64,000 nt of DNA. Origin: Rhynchobatus australiae. Lineage: Eukaryota. Shown in pieces: positions 26,711-41,200 of the stretch. The translations under genes and the position numbers were made by a program. Position 1 is the first letter of the stretch, and each line of letters starts with the position of its first letter. The DNA is taken from assembly GCA_034780895.1 (NCBI GenBank), contig JAUZTB010000068.1, positions 24,867,143 through 24,931,142 of the forward strand, read 5' to 3'. The notes beneath the pieces were generated by a model. The model saw only the letters and a program-made list of their open reading frames with translations, had not been told where the DNA came from and made no database searches.

Positions 26711-28049
26711 TCCTGTCCTCAGGAACACCACTCTGTCAATCTCCCTTTATTCCAATACACGTGTGAGAATTTAATATGTTGATTAATCTTTGTAATGCTC
26801 TCCCTAAACCTCTTTACTCTCCACTCCCCAACATCCTTCCCCAGGGATACATCTCGATTCCTTCAACATTGCTGGATCTAGATACTGAAAGACCCTCCCC
26901 TGCAGAAAAACAACAACAGTTAAAGAAAGCAGCTCATTTCTACCTCCTTAATGGCAGCTAATGATGGGAAATTACCTTTTTGAAACACCTTTTTCACCAC
27001 GTTTTCAGCCATTGTGCTTAATCCTGTTTTGAGGGTTTGGAATCTGATTCTCTATTGTGAAACTCTCTGGGATATTTGCAAACAAAAGACAAATATAAAC
27101 GCAAGCTGGTGTTTTGATTTACTGAGAGACTTATATTGTCCTTCAATTCTGTGTTTCTGAAAGGGATCTAGTGCAGTCTAATGAATACCAGATTTTGACG
27201 TTGTTCATCATCTGTTTTAGGTTCTGCACCTTCGAGCATCAGCAAGCATTGTTTCAGCACTAGTCTGATCATCACACTGTGTTTAAAAGGCTTGTTNNNN
27301 NNNNNNNNNNNNNNNNNNTGTGGAATTGCTATCGACCAGTGATAGACTTTCTCCCAGCCTCATCTCACACTGCTGCATACACTAATACTGTAGATTAATG
27401 GCTTTGTCCTTGTGCTTATGTCAGCTTTAGATATCAGCACAGAACAATTACATTGATATCTGAAACACGGATAAAACTGCAAGAATATCTGGCCAAGGGT
27501 GGTGGGGGGAAGGGAAGATGGATTAATTTATCCACACAAGCCTCTTCCCCAAATAATATTTTGGACTGAAAATGCATGGATATAACTGAGGTGATAATTT
27601 GACCTCAAAAATGCTATTAAGACCAGTGAATAAGATTTAGTTGTAAAGTTATAACCCAACCCCAGTCAGAATATAAGCGAGCCATTGAAATAGCTATTTC
27701 TGCTAGGAACATAAATCAAAACTGGAATTTCTTTATACATGCTATTTGTTAATTGAGTTCTGTCTTGATTTCAAAATCAATTTTCCGTCCTTCTTTTACA
27801 TTTCAAGCTCACTAAACAGAATCCTCAAGCCTCTTTGGAATTCTAAAAAAAATACACAAATGTTGGTGTAACAAAATATCTGTCCATTCTTTCATATTGT
27901 ACATTTCTCTGTTTAAGGACAAAATATAGGATTATTTATGCAACTCTATATTTATAATTGCTGAGTCCAGGAAATTAAAACTGGCAGAAGTTTTGATGGG
28001 TGGGGGGGAGGGTGTGTGGGGGGTTGGCTTCAGACTTGAAAACCATCGC

Positions 28050-28830
28050 TTTAAATCCCTTCTCTTCCATTTTATTCCATTGGGTAGGAAACAACACTGG
28101 TAATGTCTCCCATCTTGTTGAGACAATGGTACTGCCTAATCAGGTTGTATGTTGGCAGGTGAGTCGACCATCCAGATTCTTGCACCCTGCATGTCAAACC
28201 AAGATGATTTCACAATCTATTGCCATTTCTACCTCTGCAATCCTCCATTCTAGCTTGTTGTATATAAGGCAGACCCAAAATCTTGCTGGCTTCCATACAT
28301 CCCCTGGTGCAAAGGCAAATGGTTCTTGATGGCAAAGATTTGTGGAAAACCCACCATTGTTTGTTCCTGTTCATACTACTTGAAACCATGGCACCATGAG
28401 ACACCAGTGGGTGGATACTATGCTGCAAATCTATAAAAAAGTTATTATCATCATAAGAAAATTGGAGCTTAGATGGACAAGAATGGCACCACAAGAGCAA
28501 GCAGTTTCCAACATGGCAACTTATTCCTAATTTTGCCACAGAGCAATCACATCCACATTATAGTCTCAGCTTTGAAGTAAACGAAATGCTCTTGCATGCT
28601 ATTTATGTGCACCTTCTTGCAGCTTGGTATGTGGCAGAGGAAAATATGAAGATCTCAGGAAAGTTCTTGCCTTTCATACATGGGCAGGTTGTACTCAAAA
28701 TAGAGCGGTAGAACTTTCGATTTTTCCTGTGATCTCCAACACTTTAAGCTCCTGTGCCCAACATACCGTCAGAGGAGGGACTAATATTTGGGGGTGGCCT
28801 TCCACAGTTTCTAGATGGCATCAGCAGAAG
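28050..28830 (+). mobile_element. Possible L1/Tx1-like ORF2 fossil
   Basis: Weak motifs (FLPFIHGQVVLKI, GGGLPQF) in the expected order. Confidence 0.25.
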
Positions 28831-28889
28831 TTGGGGACTGAATCCTCAATCAGAACTTTCTACGTAGTATGGCATGTGACCTGAATGCC

Positions 28890-29545
28890 CTTATACATGG
28901 AACACAGGAAGTCAGTGTGCAGATATGTCAAGTAACTAAGAAGGTACATGGTTGGCTTCTTCAGAATGCAATGAAATAGAAAAGTAGGGAAGTCTTGTTA
29001 TTACCGTTCAGAGTGTTGGTTGGAACATACCTGGCGAGCAGCCTACTATACTGGTCTCCTTATTTAAGGAGGGATAGACTTGCACTGGAGATGACTCAGA
29101 GAAAATTCATTAGGTTAATTGCTGGGTTGAAAGGTTGGGCGGATATTCCATCAAGGTCGGAAGAACGAGAGGTCATTCTACTCAATCACCTAAAGTTCTG
29201 AGGGGGCTTGGGAAGAAAGACGCTGAAAGTACATTTCCCCTTGTTGGAGAATCTGGAACTAGGAGGCATGATGTAGATAAGAGACTACCCATTCAAGACA
29301 TTCAAAGCAATTTCTCTCACAGGGTTTTAACGTTTTTTTTCATACTCCAGAGAACCGTGAAGACAATGGTATTAATTTTCGTCAAGACTGCCATAAGGAG
29401 ATTTTGAGTCTATAAGGAAACCAATGATTTACAGGGGGCAGGCAGGAAAGTGGAGCTGAGGCCAAGGTCAGATTATCTATGGCTACACTGAATGATAGAG
29501 GTAGGCAAATGAGGCCATGTGACTTCTCCCACTCCTACCTCTAAT
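28890..29545 (+). mobile_element. CR1 LINE 3' end
   Basis: WSPYLRRDRLALEMTQRKFIRLIAGLKG translation followed by a CR1 3' UTR. Confidence 0.8.
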
Positions 29546-30384
29546 GTTCTGATGAGAGAACATTATGGGCACCAATAAAAGGTAAGGAAAAATAAACTAT
29601 CCTCAAGGGAAGGAATTTTTTATAGATAGCAACTCTGTTGGTTACATCTTGGTTGAATTGACAGGCAGATTTATGGTGCTCCTGCACTTTAAGAACTGGA
29701 ACCCTTTTATTTGGCAGGTAATGCAAGTGAAGAGATGGATAGGAAACAGTGATTCCAGTTCTCCTATTCAGAATTCAATTACCACCAAATAAAGTTGAAG
29801 AGGTGACAATATTTTCATTAAAATGCTGCACCTGAGCTGTAAATTAAGTTGAATCAGGCTGGGTCACACCCACTTCTATCCGGACTCGCTGGCTGTGATA
29901 CTTTTAAACTCTTGATACTATATCTGCCAAAACCAGATCAGCAAAAAGGAAGTTGTTGGAAAGGAACACTCCTCAAACATCCATTGATTTAAAATGTGAG
30001 GAGGGGGGCACAGCCAGATATCCTGTGATAATCAAATGAAAAAGTCTCAGTTCTGCATGACTGCAAACCTCATTACTTTATTCCTCTGCTTTCCACAAAG
30101 ACCTCGATTTGATATCAAATGGGTTACAGTCAAAACAAAAGCCGCCACTATTCTCTGCTGATGAAATCCCCCAGTGGCGAGAGAATGGACTTCTCCTTTC
30201 ATACAGCAGCCAATGCTGTGGTCTGATAATAGTAATTTCTCATCAAATATTGTGAATTTATGGCACATTTCCTGATATGGATTGAAACCCAATCGAACTG
30301 GATACTAAGCGTCCCCAAATGATTAAATTTTGTTAGCGAGGCTTTTATTCCAGCAATTCTCGCAGGTGACTCTGGTTGTGAAGT

Positions 30385-30600
30385 GACCTACTGTTTCTGA
30401 ATCAGAAGCCTCACTCGAGGAACTTGAGCAAATGGGCTTGGCCGGTAGTTCAGTGCAAAACCGCGAGGGGTGTTCTATTGTTAAACCGGCAGAAAAATTG
30501 AACCGGAGCCTATTTTGCCCAACATCACCAAAATAATCACCAGGCCACTCATTGTATTTTCTGTTTGAAGACTCTTTTTGGGTCAAATATTGAGTGATGA
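30385..30600 (+). mobile_element. Deu-domain SINE (SacSINE1/AmnSINE1-like) remnant
   Basis: ctgaatcagaag...acttgagca...cagtgca...aacatcaccaaaata layout as recalled for Deu-SINEs; internally deleted. Confidence 0.45.
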
Positions 30601-30927
30601 ATGACCATTCTTAATTGCATTTTAGAAAGAAAAAAAGGATATTGTTTTAAGACACTGATATTTTCTCCAACTTTCTGCTCTTACGCAGGAACATTTTCAC
30701 TGGTGGTATAAACAGAACCCACAGTTATGACTGAATGCCAATGAAATTACAGCAGAACAGTTGCACACTGTGAAGGGGAATTCAAGGCCCATGAGAACAC
30801 ACAGTTTCTATTTAACTGCATTTAATTAATTTCTCTTGTGGGTATCCTTCTGTTACATTCTGTAATTTGTGCTAAAGCCCAAGGTGATATTCTTATCAGT
30901 GGTAAGACTCTGCCCATTTAGCTACTA

Positions 30928-31215
<288 letters not shown>

Positions 31216-32714
31216 TCAAAAGGCACTGTAAAAATGTGATGGCTGAAACCGAAGGTCTCAAATGTTTTGACAGGTAATGCATGTCTTTCTCTGGATTCCA
31301 ATTTGTTATGCCAGAACTATGCAGATTTAAAAGAATAATCTAAATGCAAATTTCAACAACCTGAATATTAATCTCCATATTTTTAAGGTAATCGACTTCA
31401 GAAAGTACAAAGACTAAATCATAGCTTGGACCTCGTTCAGAACACCCCACACTTTGGTTGTGACTCCAACAATCATGTTCCGGTCCAGTCTCCGTATGGT
31501 AGGAGAGGAGTGGGTGAAGGTGATTGGGAAGCAGATGTTTTGAGTGGTGTTAGATAACTGTGAAGCTGGCTGGGTGAATTAGGCTCAAATTTGAGAAGTT
31601 GACCTAACTTCCATATCTGTTACTTATTTCTGTCAACATCTATTTATTTATAAGGAGTTCCATACAAATCTGAGCTACTATCGATAGCACTCCTTAATAA
31701 TGTAAAAGCGAGTCCTTTTTAACTTTGTTCATTATTAAAAGAAGTGCCTAAAATCTGATTAGGAAATATATTGAGGTTCATTTGGATTAAACCCAATTAA
31801 CAATCAACCAGAATCACACTCTCAACTTGACGACAAAACAAACTCAGATCATATTTGTGAATAGATTGCAAAATCAGATAACTGACCAAAGATAATTCAC
31901 TGCAAAGTTTATTTTCATACCAAGCACATTCTAATTTGCCTGTCGTACTCTCAATGGTACAATAAATCTTTCTTGCTACATCTTTCTGCTGGCCTGCATG
32001 GGGAGAGAGAGAGAAGTAACATGCCCTGGAACAGCTCCACTGAGGTAAATTATGCAGAAGAAAGATAAAAAAATGCAGAAGCTGAAAATCTGAAATAAAA
32101 ACAAAACGTACAGGAAATACTTAGCAGGCAGTATCTGTGGAGAGAGAAACAGAGTTAATACTTCAGATCAATGACTTCTCAACCGTTCTGATTTTATTCC
32201 AGTGGAAGGAGGTGCAAGAAAAGGATTAGGATCAACTCCAGAGCTCATATTCTCCTTGTCAATACAATGCATTGTGGAAAATGATTCAAATACTCCCGAA
32301 ATACTGTGAGAAAATTTACTGTTTGAAGTGATATTGGCCAAAACAACAAACATCACAAGATTGGGTAAGGATGTTTTATTTGCCTTCTTTCTCGGCAGCA
32401 AAGGGGAAATGGAGGTAAAGTCAGAACAAAGGGCTCTCACACATCTGCATAAATACATGAAGAGTTCAGATGCATTCCAGATCAAAAGTTTCTCTGATTG
32501 TTCAAGGTAGTTGAACAGTTAGAAAACATCTGGGCTTACGGAACACGCGTGGAGGATTAATTAGGCCCATAATACGAAAGCTTAGGAAGACATTATTCTC
32601 TACAGCAGAGGAAGGAGTGAGAACCAAATGAGGCTCCATTATAAAATGTACATGTGCAACATATCCACAACAGGCTCATATCAAAATTATGAATATTAAA
32701 TATTATTAATTTAC

Positions 32715-32928
<214 letters not shown>

Positions 32929-33479
32929 TTACATCACATCACTTTGGTATGAAAAATAAATGTGAAGGAACAGCCTCAAAAGTATTTTCTCATTTGTCTG
33001 GGGAACTGAACACTCCAGAAGAGCTACTCAGGAATAGAAGGCCCTAAATCACAAATTTAACCAGTGGGTGACACATATTTCACAGGAGGAGCCATGGCAA
33101 TGATTTTTGTTTTTGACCAGACAGATTCATTTTGCTGCAGTCTAACTCTGGACTGTCAGAATATCAATCAAGGCAGCAGAGCTAAACTGTCACAGGACAA
33201 GTGATTTTATACAGTTCTGAGAGAGGACCCAAATGTCACTTACTCTGTCTTCTTATCATAAATAAAGAGAGCCATCCTGGTGCTTATGCACAATGCCTTG
33301 ACACAACTTTGTATTTCCTAATGTAAAAATTAAAACTCATAGAGTAGAAGTACATTCTCGGTCACTGCACAGAGTAGGCCGTGTGATGGCTGAAATATGT
33401 TGCCTGCTGCTTCTGAATTTAGTTCTGATGAAATGATGAAACCCGTAAGTGTAAATAATTACAGTTTGTTGCTCAGAGC

Positions 33480-33895
33480 ATTTTGTTTATTCATTCAGCG
33501 AATGTGGGCTGTGGGCAGGATTAGCGTTGATGGGACATTACTAATCTCCCTTGAGAAATTTATAAAGAACTATCTCTTGATCACTTGTGATCATCTGATA
33601 CAACTGACTGACTTTCTGGGCCATTTCAGAGGACCAACCACATTGATATAGGTCTGGAGTCACATACAATTGAGACCAGATAAAGGCAGATTTCTTTCCC
33701 TTATTTTGTTGTTGCAATAATTTAAAGTTTCATGACCACCATCAGTAANNNNNNNNNNNNNNNNNNNNNNNNNNNNNNNNNNNNNNNNNNNNNNNNCCAC
33801 AGTTGCAGTGATAGGATTTGAATTTGTGCCTTCAGATTATTAACTCACACTGTTCACTGCTCAGTTACTTGTCTGGTAACAGAATCACTACATTA
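33480..33895 (-). mobile_element. tRNA-derived SINE with CR1-type tail (second family)
   Basis: ggatttgaa B-box-like head and ttattcattc...atgtggg tail; a related decayed copy lies at about 18390-18715. Confidence 0.5.
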
Positions 33896-36744
33896 ATATT
33901 CCCACATTACAATTATCTTGTAAACATAGTCCACCATATTTTATTTCCGCTATTGGTACGTTAGTTCTCAGTTCCTTTTCAGATCACATGCTGTCATCTT
34001 TCACAAATTAAGGTACCACTGCTGCTATAGCAGTGATCACATCCAGTTTCTAGGCCTGATATTATTTGAGGCACTCAGTTCAAGTTCATTCTGCAGCACA
34101 GATCAAATCATGTTACTGTCATCTTATGCATGCTTTGATCCAAGACAGCCACAAATACACCGCAGTCAGCAGCAGCTACAGAAGATGCATTCTGCAGCAC
34201 AGATAAGTGGTCTCTTCGACTGAGGCACAGCATTGACAACTGTTACGAGACACATGGACTGGGTACTCAATGGAACAAGTAAACCCTAATCAATTATTCA
34301 TAGCAACACACTTTGAATGGTTCACAAATAACTTGTTCAACCCTCCTCCACTCCCCCAAAAATACACTTCTGCATCATTTGAAGTCTCCCTGAATGATAA
34401 CTGTAAAATGGAGTGCTTTGACCTTGTTGAGTGATGTTCCTTATTTTGCCTTGATTCAGTCCAGAATTCTAAAAGTTTGTGCCATTGTGGAATAATGGAA
34501 TTTTATAGCTTAGAAGGCTACCACCCTCAGCCAGAACTTGGAAAGATCTGGAATGCTATATTCTTCCTGTGCCCTGATGCATTTTCTTCTTCATAGAGAA
34601 ATTGTGGCATAAAGGTCTTAAGGCTCTAATGTCCATTTGCTTGTGTAAGGTCAATACCGTGCACATTGAGTCGTGTCTCCTGCACAGTGGGTGATATTCC
34701 AAAGTGACAGGCCTCCTTGAAACAACTGCGGGATAACTGTCAAGAACATTAGCAGGGGAGTGAATGGATATATCTCTGGACCTTGAGGGATAATGCTGCA
34801 ATATCATAAAAGTAGTTTACTGTGTGTCCACCCAGATGTTTGGTTTCGATTTATTGGATATACAGATGACCTCTACCACAAACAAATAGCCACGTAACTG
34901 GAATACCTCACTGAGAGGCAGGGAGGGAAAAGGCAGGATAAGGAGGGAGAGATGTGGCATTCAAAATAACAAGAGAAAGAAATGAGAAAAGTAATATAAA
35001 CTGTAAATTCAAGTGAAGCATTGTTAATTCTAAAGTAAAATAATGAAAGACACAACACAAGTCATGGTAAAAGCTGAACTTAACATGAATGACATTGCAA
35101 CTGAAGGGAATAAAATTGAAAGACAGTGGGAGGGAACAAGAAGGAATGAAGGGAGCAATAGAGGAATGAAAGAAAGAGAGAGCGAGGTGCACACACAGAA
35201 TAACAGACACAAAGAAAGGGCCAGGAAGAGAGGAGAAAGGGACGTGAGAGCATCAGAGAATGGAAAACATAATCTTATCTTACACTCTTATCTTACACTG
35301 GAAAGAGGAAGAAAGGGAGAGAAAAGAGGTGTCAGTGGAGGGTAACAGGGAAATAGAGAGAGAATGACAGAGTGTGAATGAGTGAGTGGGAGAGAGGGAA
35401 TTGGAGACAATTAAAGGGATTCTAATAACTGCATTAAGAAGGCTACAATAAATTCATTGAATAGAATTGTCAATATTATTGACATTGTCCAATATATATG
35501 TTAATAAAATAAGTTGCTTAAATTAAATTATTTTAAACTGTTCCACTGCTGATATCAGTTTCCACTCTGTACCTTAAATAAAGTTTCATGATCTTCAATA
35601 AAGTATGGAGTAAATGTCACAAATCTAAGAAGTCAGAACTATTTTCAGAACAAAAAAAAGCTTTCATTCTTTTTACTTCATGATAACTCTCATTATATAT
35701 CTTTACAAGGCTATTAAATATGTTTCTATTATAAAGCCAGCTTGCGCTATGCAATATGCAAATGACTGGTACATTGCCAAGGTCAACCTTGTGTGCAATT
35801 AAAGTCCCAAGTCTCCTGTTGCACAGTAGTAGCATGTCAGTTGATTTCTGGAAGTTTTGAGGACATTCCGGCATTTATATGAATGTCTGATTATGTGCAC
35901 CTTGCATGTGAATATCTCACTCGTGACGAAAATATTTATATCCACATTCTTAATGTACTATTTCCCTGTTGATCTGGCTGTTTTGTCATTAGACAAAAGA
36001 CATCAGTTCTCATTGGGAAATTCTGGCACTTTAATTATCTTTAGGTATTTATAAAGTGACGTTTGTTGAAAACTTGACAGAAGAAAATGAGAAGAATCAA
36101 TGGAAACACTTGACCGCTGATCCATGGAAAACAACTCACCTCGATTTTCACTCAATGTCGTCAATTTGTTTTATAATAGGTGGATTATAACAGTGGTGAT
36201 TTTTTTGTAGTTAACTAGTTAGTGAGACAATGACCACTTAACATTTGGGATAGGGAATCAATAAAGTCTAATTATGGTTCACTTCTAAATGCTTAGGCTG
36301 AAAGTGAGGAATGGAGAGGAGGGTGAACAAAAAAAAGTAGGCTCAGTTTGGTTTATTATCCTTAATGCTCCAAAATAAAATGCAGAGAACTTGTGCAAAT
36401 TGATGAGACCATCAGCACAAACATGGGTGAACACCCACTAGATTTGTACAAAGCAAACAGATTGAGACATGAATTAAGGCACACTGCTGATTTGACAATG
36501 GTGCTGCCATTTCGGAATTCAGTGCTAGAGCTAACCATGTTGAATAACCTCATATGGCTGAACACAAATTGCATACCAGAGGGGAGCCTTCACCACACCT
36601 ATTTAAGGGTCAACTATGATCAGACCAACTGGCAGGTGAATTCCTTTTGCTGTTGGTGTGATTCTACAAGCATTTAATGCTTTCTGGAGCCTTGTTGTTA
36701 AAGTTGCTGAAGAATCAGGTCCTTTACACAGACAAGGAGCTCTT

Positions 36745-37115
36745 GGGCATGGCTCCATTTCCAGGCAGTTCCCTTGGAATACAGCACAACTGGAAGAATA
36801 AACAAAAGGGATGCAGAGCAGGACAAGCAACAGGAAGAATGAGGAAGGGGGGGGAAGGTTCTTATGGAGGACAAATCTACTCAAGTGTTCACCTCCCATT
36901 CTCCTACCTGAAGCCCAGTGACGGACCACATGTGAGACGTTTCTACTTCAACAGTGATGTCATCACTGAAATCTACCACTTGCTCCAATTACAAACGCGA
37001 TTCCATAGCAACACGCATTGTGGGGGATCAAAGATGACTTCCATGGTCAACGTATGATGTTGGTTCCTTCCAGTCTGCAGCTGTCTGCAACATCTGGCAG
37101 TTCACTTTTGCACAA
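36745..37115 (+). mobile_element. PIF/Harbinger (HARBI1-like) transposase N-terminal fossil
   Basis: FSYLKPSDGPHVRRFYFNSDVITEIYHLLQ, then YDVGSFQSAA...NIWQ after a frameshift; resembles the RLRF..E..EIC.LL...FYASGSFQ pattern. Confidence 0.55.
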
Positions 37116-37394
37116 GGGACGCCACGCATGCCTTCCATTCAGAGAGAATCCTCACCCTCTCTTGCCACGGACAAACAGGCAGAAGGCAGATGGAGGTTTG
37201 CAGGCATCTTCTTGGTGGGTTGGCACTGACTGCACCAACATTGTTTTCTGAGTTCCACTTTCCAAACACACTGGAACCGAAAGGAATTCCATTTGTATTA
37301 CCACAGGCAGACTGTCATTCAGGGCTGTATAGTATCTGATATCTGGAATGGGCACATTTGTCTTCTGAGTAGAGGGCGGACAGACTAGCTTGTC

Positions 37395-37535
37395 TCCATT
37401 GGAGATCAGAAGAGCGATAGGGGACGAACTGAAATATATAAATCCTGAGGGGTCATAGCAGGTAGAATGTGGAGAGGATGTTTCCTCGTGTAGGAGAAGC
37501 TTCGACCAGGGATCATTATTTAAAAACAGAGTTAC
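37395..37535 (+). mobile_element. CR1 ORF2 C-terminal fragment
   Basis: Decayed RRLRGDLIE.YKIL-type segment (gagatcagaagagcgataggggac...aatcctgaggggtc). Confidence 0.55.
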
Positions 37536-37799
37536 CCATCAGAGATTCAACTGCCACATTCAGAGTGGGCAGCTGCTGCTTGTGCTGAGCTGAATGCCAA
37601 AAGCTCAGTGATCACACAGTGCATCATCGTTGAACCAACAGTTGTGCAAACCTAGCTGGAAACACTTCCAAGTCCTAAGCAACGTTGATGTGCCAGACAC
37701 TCCATGCTTCTTCACACTGCAGATTTCCCGATATCCAAAACATTTTATAGCAAATTTCAACTTCAACCTTTAATCTTCACCTTGAGGATGTCCCATCAG

Positions 37800-38510
37800 A
37801 GTCTTTATTCAGGACTCTAGTATGAAGGGCATAATGAGGAGATGCCTGCTTATACCATGTCAAGCCAATGAATCAGAAGAGAATGTGGTTTGAAGAGGAG
37901 GTGGGATGTGTAAAGGTGGATGAGGATTAAGTTGGTGGATATCTTCAATTATGATGGTTTCTGCCCAACCTCTGGCTGCAGACTTAGTAATCCCAGCACT
38001 GGGCAGCACCATTTCCTTAAGGTTTACAACATGTCCATCTTCAGATGGATCCAGCTGTTGTGTGCCACTTTGTCCTGCAAGCAAGAGTGGGGTGTCCCAC
38101 TTATGGTCATGCAATCTACTTTGGCGGTGTGGCTGTCACAGTTGAATAGCTGGAAGTGTGCAGGCTGTGAAATACAGTGTCTGGTTTGCAGCAGTACATC
38201 AGGTACACTGGAACATATGTATGCGAGGTGTGAGTCTGAATGATAGAGCTTGTTGTCTGGCGAATGATGAATCAATAGTGCAATGTCTGAGGCATTGCAT
38301 TCTAGTCCTCAGGGCTTGACTCTTGGCTTTGACCTCCAGCATTATATGCTCCCATGGCCTTCTAGGAATGGGTTTGGAAGGCTTCTTGGAGCCCTGTGGA
38401 CACAGGGTATCTCTCCTACTTTCCAAACCTTCACCACTGCATGATGCAAAGGTATTAATGTTACAAAATGGAAGTGTTGGCAGTCTTGAGGCACATAAGG
38501 GTGGGTAAAG
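37800..38510 (-). mobile_element. Possible Gypsy LTR-retrotransposon integrase fossil
   Basis: PIPRRPWEHIML, SFAR and TPLLLAGQ...QLDP in integrase order; heavily decayed. Confidence 0.3.
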
Positions 38511-38511
38511 G

Positions 38512-39091
38512 TGCACTGAGTACAAGAGCTGGGACATCATGTTACAGCTGTACAAGATGTTGGTGAGACCTCCCTTGGAGTACTGTGTGCAGTTCTGGTT
38601 GCCTAACTATAGGAAGACTGTGACTAAGTTAGAGAGGGTGCAGAAAAGATTCAAAAGAATGTTGCCAGGACTGGACGATGAGAGCTGTAAAGAGAGACTG
38701 GAAAGGCTGGAGTGAAGGAGGCTGAGAGGTGACCTGATGCAGGTTTATAAAATCATGAGGGGCATGGATAAGATGGATGGCCACGTCTTTTTTCCTGTGT
38801 AGGAGAGATTAAACCAAAGGGAACAGGTTTAAGGTGAGAGGTCAAAGACTTAAAGGAGATCCGAGGGGCAAGTTTTTCACATGGAGAGTGGTGGGTATAT
38901 GGAATGAGCTGCCAGAGGAAGTGGTAGGGTACAATTATGTTTAAAAGGCATTTGGACAGGGTTGTGGATGGGAAAGGTTTAGAGGCATATGCTCTAATGT
39001 GGAGAAATGAGACCAGATCAGGAAGACACCTTGGTCAGTAAGGATGAGTTGGGCTGAAGGGCTTCTTTCCATGCTGTGTAACTCCATGACT
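38512..39091 (+). mobile_element. CR1 (HER1-like) LINE 3' end
   Basis: EYKSWDIMLQLYKMLVRPPLEYCVQFWLPNYRK...LERVQKRF...RRLRGDLMQVYKIMRGMD plus 3' UTR ending ctccatgact. Confidence 0.9.
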
Positions 39092-40690
39092 TAATTGTCT
39101 TCTGGATCAGGCATTCCAAATTAGGTTATGTAAAGACCAGATCCACAGGAAAAACTCCTTGTGCTCTGCTTCAACTACATACATTTATGCTCACAATATG
39201 TCACATACACTTTCCCTCTCCTATTCCATCAACGTTACATCTTTTTAACATTGAACTAAGTGCAATTTAGTTCTGAGTCCAGGAGATTTTTTAAAACTGT
39301 AAACTTGGTCCTTTAAACTGGACAACTCAGTTATTTCACACAGTTCACTCAAAAGACCGTGATGATAGCTGGGCTTAAGTTTCAGATGTTAAAGAACTGT
39401 ATGCTTTTATTCAATCCTCTAATATATAACTTTTAAAAATATACAAAGACATTATCATGTCATTGAAAGAATAACAATAAAAATTCCTACTCATTTTGTT
39501 CTCACTCAGACTATTTACTCCTCTTTTGTTTTATCTTGACTATTGTACTGGACAAAAATCATGAATCAACTGGTCACATTAAAAAAATTTGGAGGACCCA
39601 TTCTAATGACTGAGCATCTCGTGCAAGAAGCATGATCTTTGTCTTCCTGCATTTCCAAACAGCTGGCAATAGGTGGCAGTGTTGTGCAATAGGTGATGAT
39701 TTTTCCCCACTGGATTTTAGCAGTCCCTGCAGTGGCTTTGCTCTCCTCTCATCTGCCTGGAATTTATTTCTGGTCAATATCACTAAACACAGTTGCCTCG
39801 ATATTGGATTGCAGCCATTTTTAGTGTGCTAGAAGGTGATGCATTGAGTCCTAATATTTAATCTGCAAAAAAAATCTAAATTTGTGAAAGTTACTCTGAA
39901 AAATCATTNNNNNNNNNNNNNNNNNNNNNNNNNNNNNNNNNNNNNNNNNNNNNNNNNNNNNNNNNNNNNNNNNNNNNNNNNNNNNNNNNNNNNNNNNNNN
40001 NNNNNNNNNNNNNNNNNNNNNNNNNNNNNNNNNNNNNNNNNNNNNNNNNNNNNNNNNNNNNNNNNNNNNNNNNNNNNNNNNNNNNNNNNNNNNNNNNNNN
40101 NNNNGAGGGAGGGTCGTACAACATAACCCCACCTGTTCCATGATCATGTATATCCATTCTCTTTCCATGGTTGGCCCCAAGCTAGTGTGAGAGCTCATAA
40201 TTTGGGCAGAGATCACAGCACTGAAGTGACAAGCCTCTGCAGTGGAAAGCTTCTGGCAGTGCTTTGACATATCGAAGGGATCTCCAGCACAAGTAGAGTG
40301 ATAAGCAAAGAGGCAGGCACAATCAGAGAGCAAAACATCATAGTCTCAGTGAAGATACTGCAATTCACACCTGGTTGGCAAATTTCTGTGGGCTTCCTCT
40401 TTGTTTGACAGTGGTTTAAATTGTGTTGCTAGGGCTGAACTGAATGTCCTGCATAGTGCTGATGTCATCGCACGTGCAGTTAATGCTGGGGACATGTCAA
40501 ATGCACCAGGTAGTGCCTGGTCCGATTTCCATTTGAAATGTTTGCAATCCTTATGGAGTCATAGAGAGATAGAGCACAGAAAGAGGCTCTTTGGCCCACC
40601 TGGTTTGTGCCAACCATCAAGCACCCACAGCTGATCCTGTTAAAATATGCACAAAATGTATTCAATGTACAATTTATGTTAACACCAGGC

Positions 40691-40830
40691 ATAATCAACT
40701 CATTCACTGAAGCATTTGAGAGGATGGGGCTTACACCCAACATCTGTGAGTCAAAGGTCCTTTATCAAAATACCCCCTCAATCCAATATTGCCATCTGAC
40801 AATAAAGGTCCATGGTAAAGCAGTCTTCTT
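40691..40830 (+). mobile_element. RTE-BovB-like RT fragment
   Basis: IINSFTEAFERMGLTPNICESKVLYQ...TIKVHGK matches the RTE GLT.N..KTKVLYQ motif. Confidence 0.65.
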
Positions 40831-40980
40831 TAGGAAGGTATAACACTTACATAAGTTAGAATCATGCCTATAATAAACAATCACAACAGGGAAGCATCTT
40901 GATGTGCCCTGTACGTTTTAGAAATTAAGTGAAAAACTAATGACAACAGTGTACAAAATAAGCAGAGTAATACCAATGTA

Positions 40981-41200
40981 GGTACACTCTTCACACTCAG
41001 TCCTGTTACATACGGACCAGTTACACTCCCTGCAGTCAGTCTTGTTAATTATAGCCTTACACATCTCATGCAGTCAGACCAGTTATATACAGACCGAGTT
41101 ACACACCTCACATGGTCATTTCCATTATTTACAGACCAATTACACTCCTTGCACAGCCATGTTATATACAGACCCAGATAAAGTACACTCCTCTCACTTG
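40981..41200. repeat. Degenerate minisatellite, about 36-40 bp unit, about 5-6 copies
   Basis: Recurring gttacac...cagtc...gttatatacagacc units. Confidence 0.6.

Noticed and set aside
34900-35400. 100-aa ORFs on both strands
   Set aside because: Purine-rich simple sequence, not coding.
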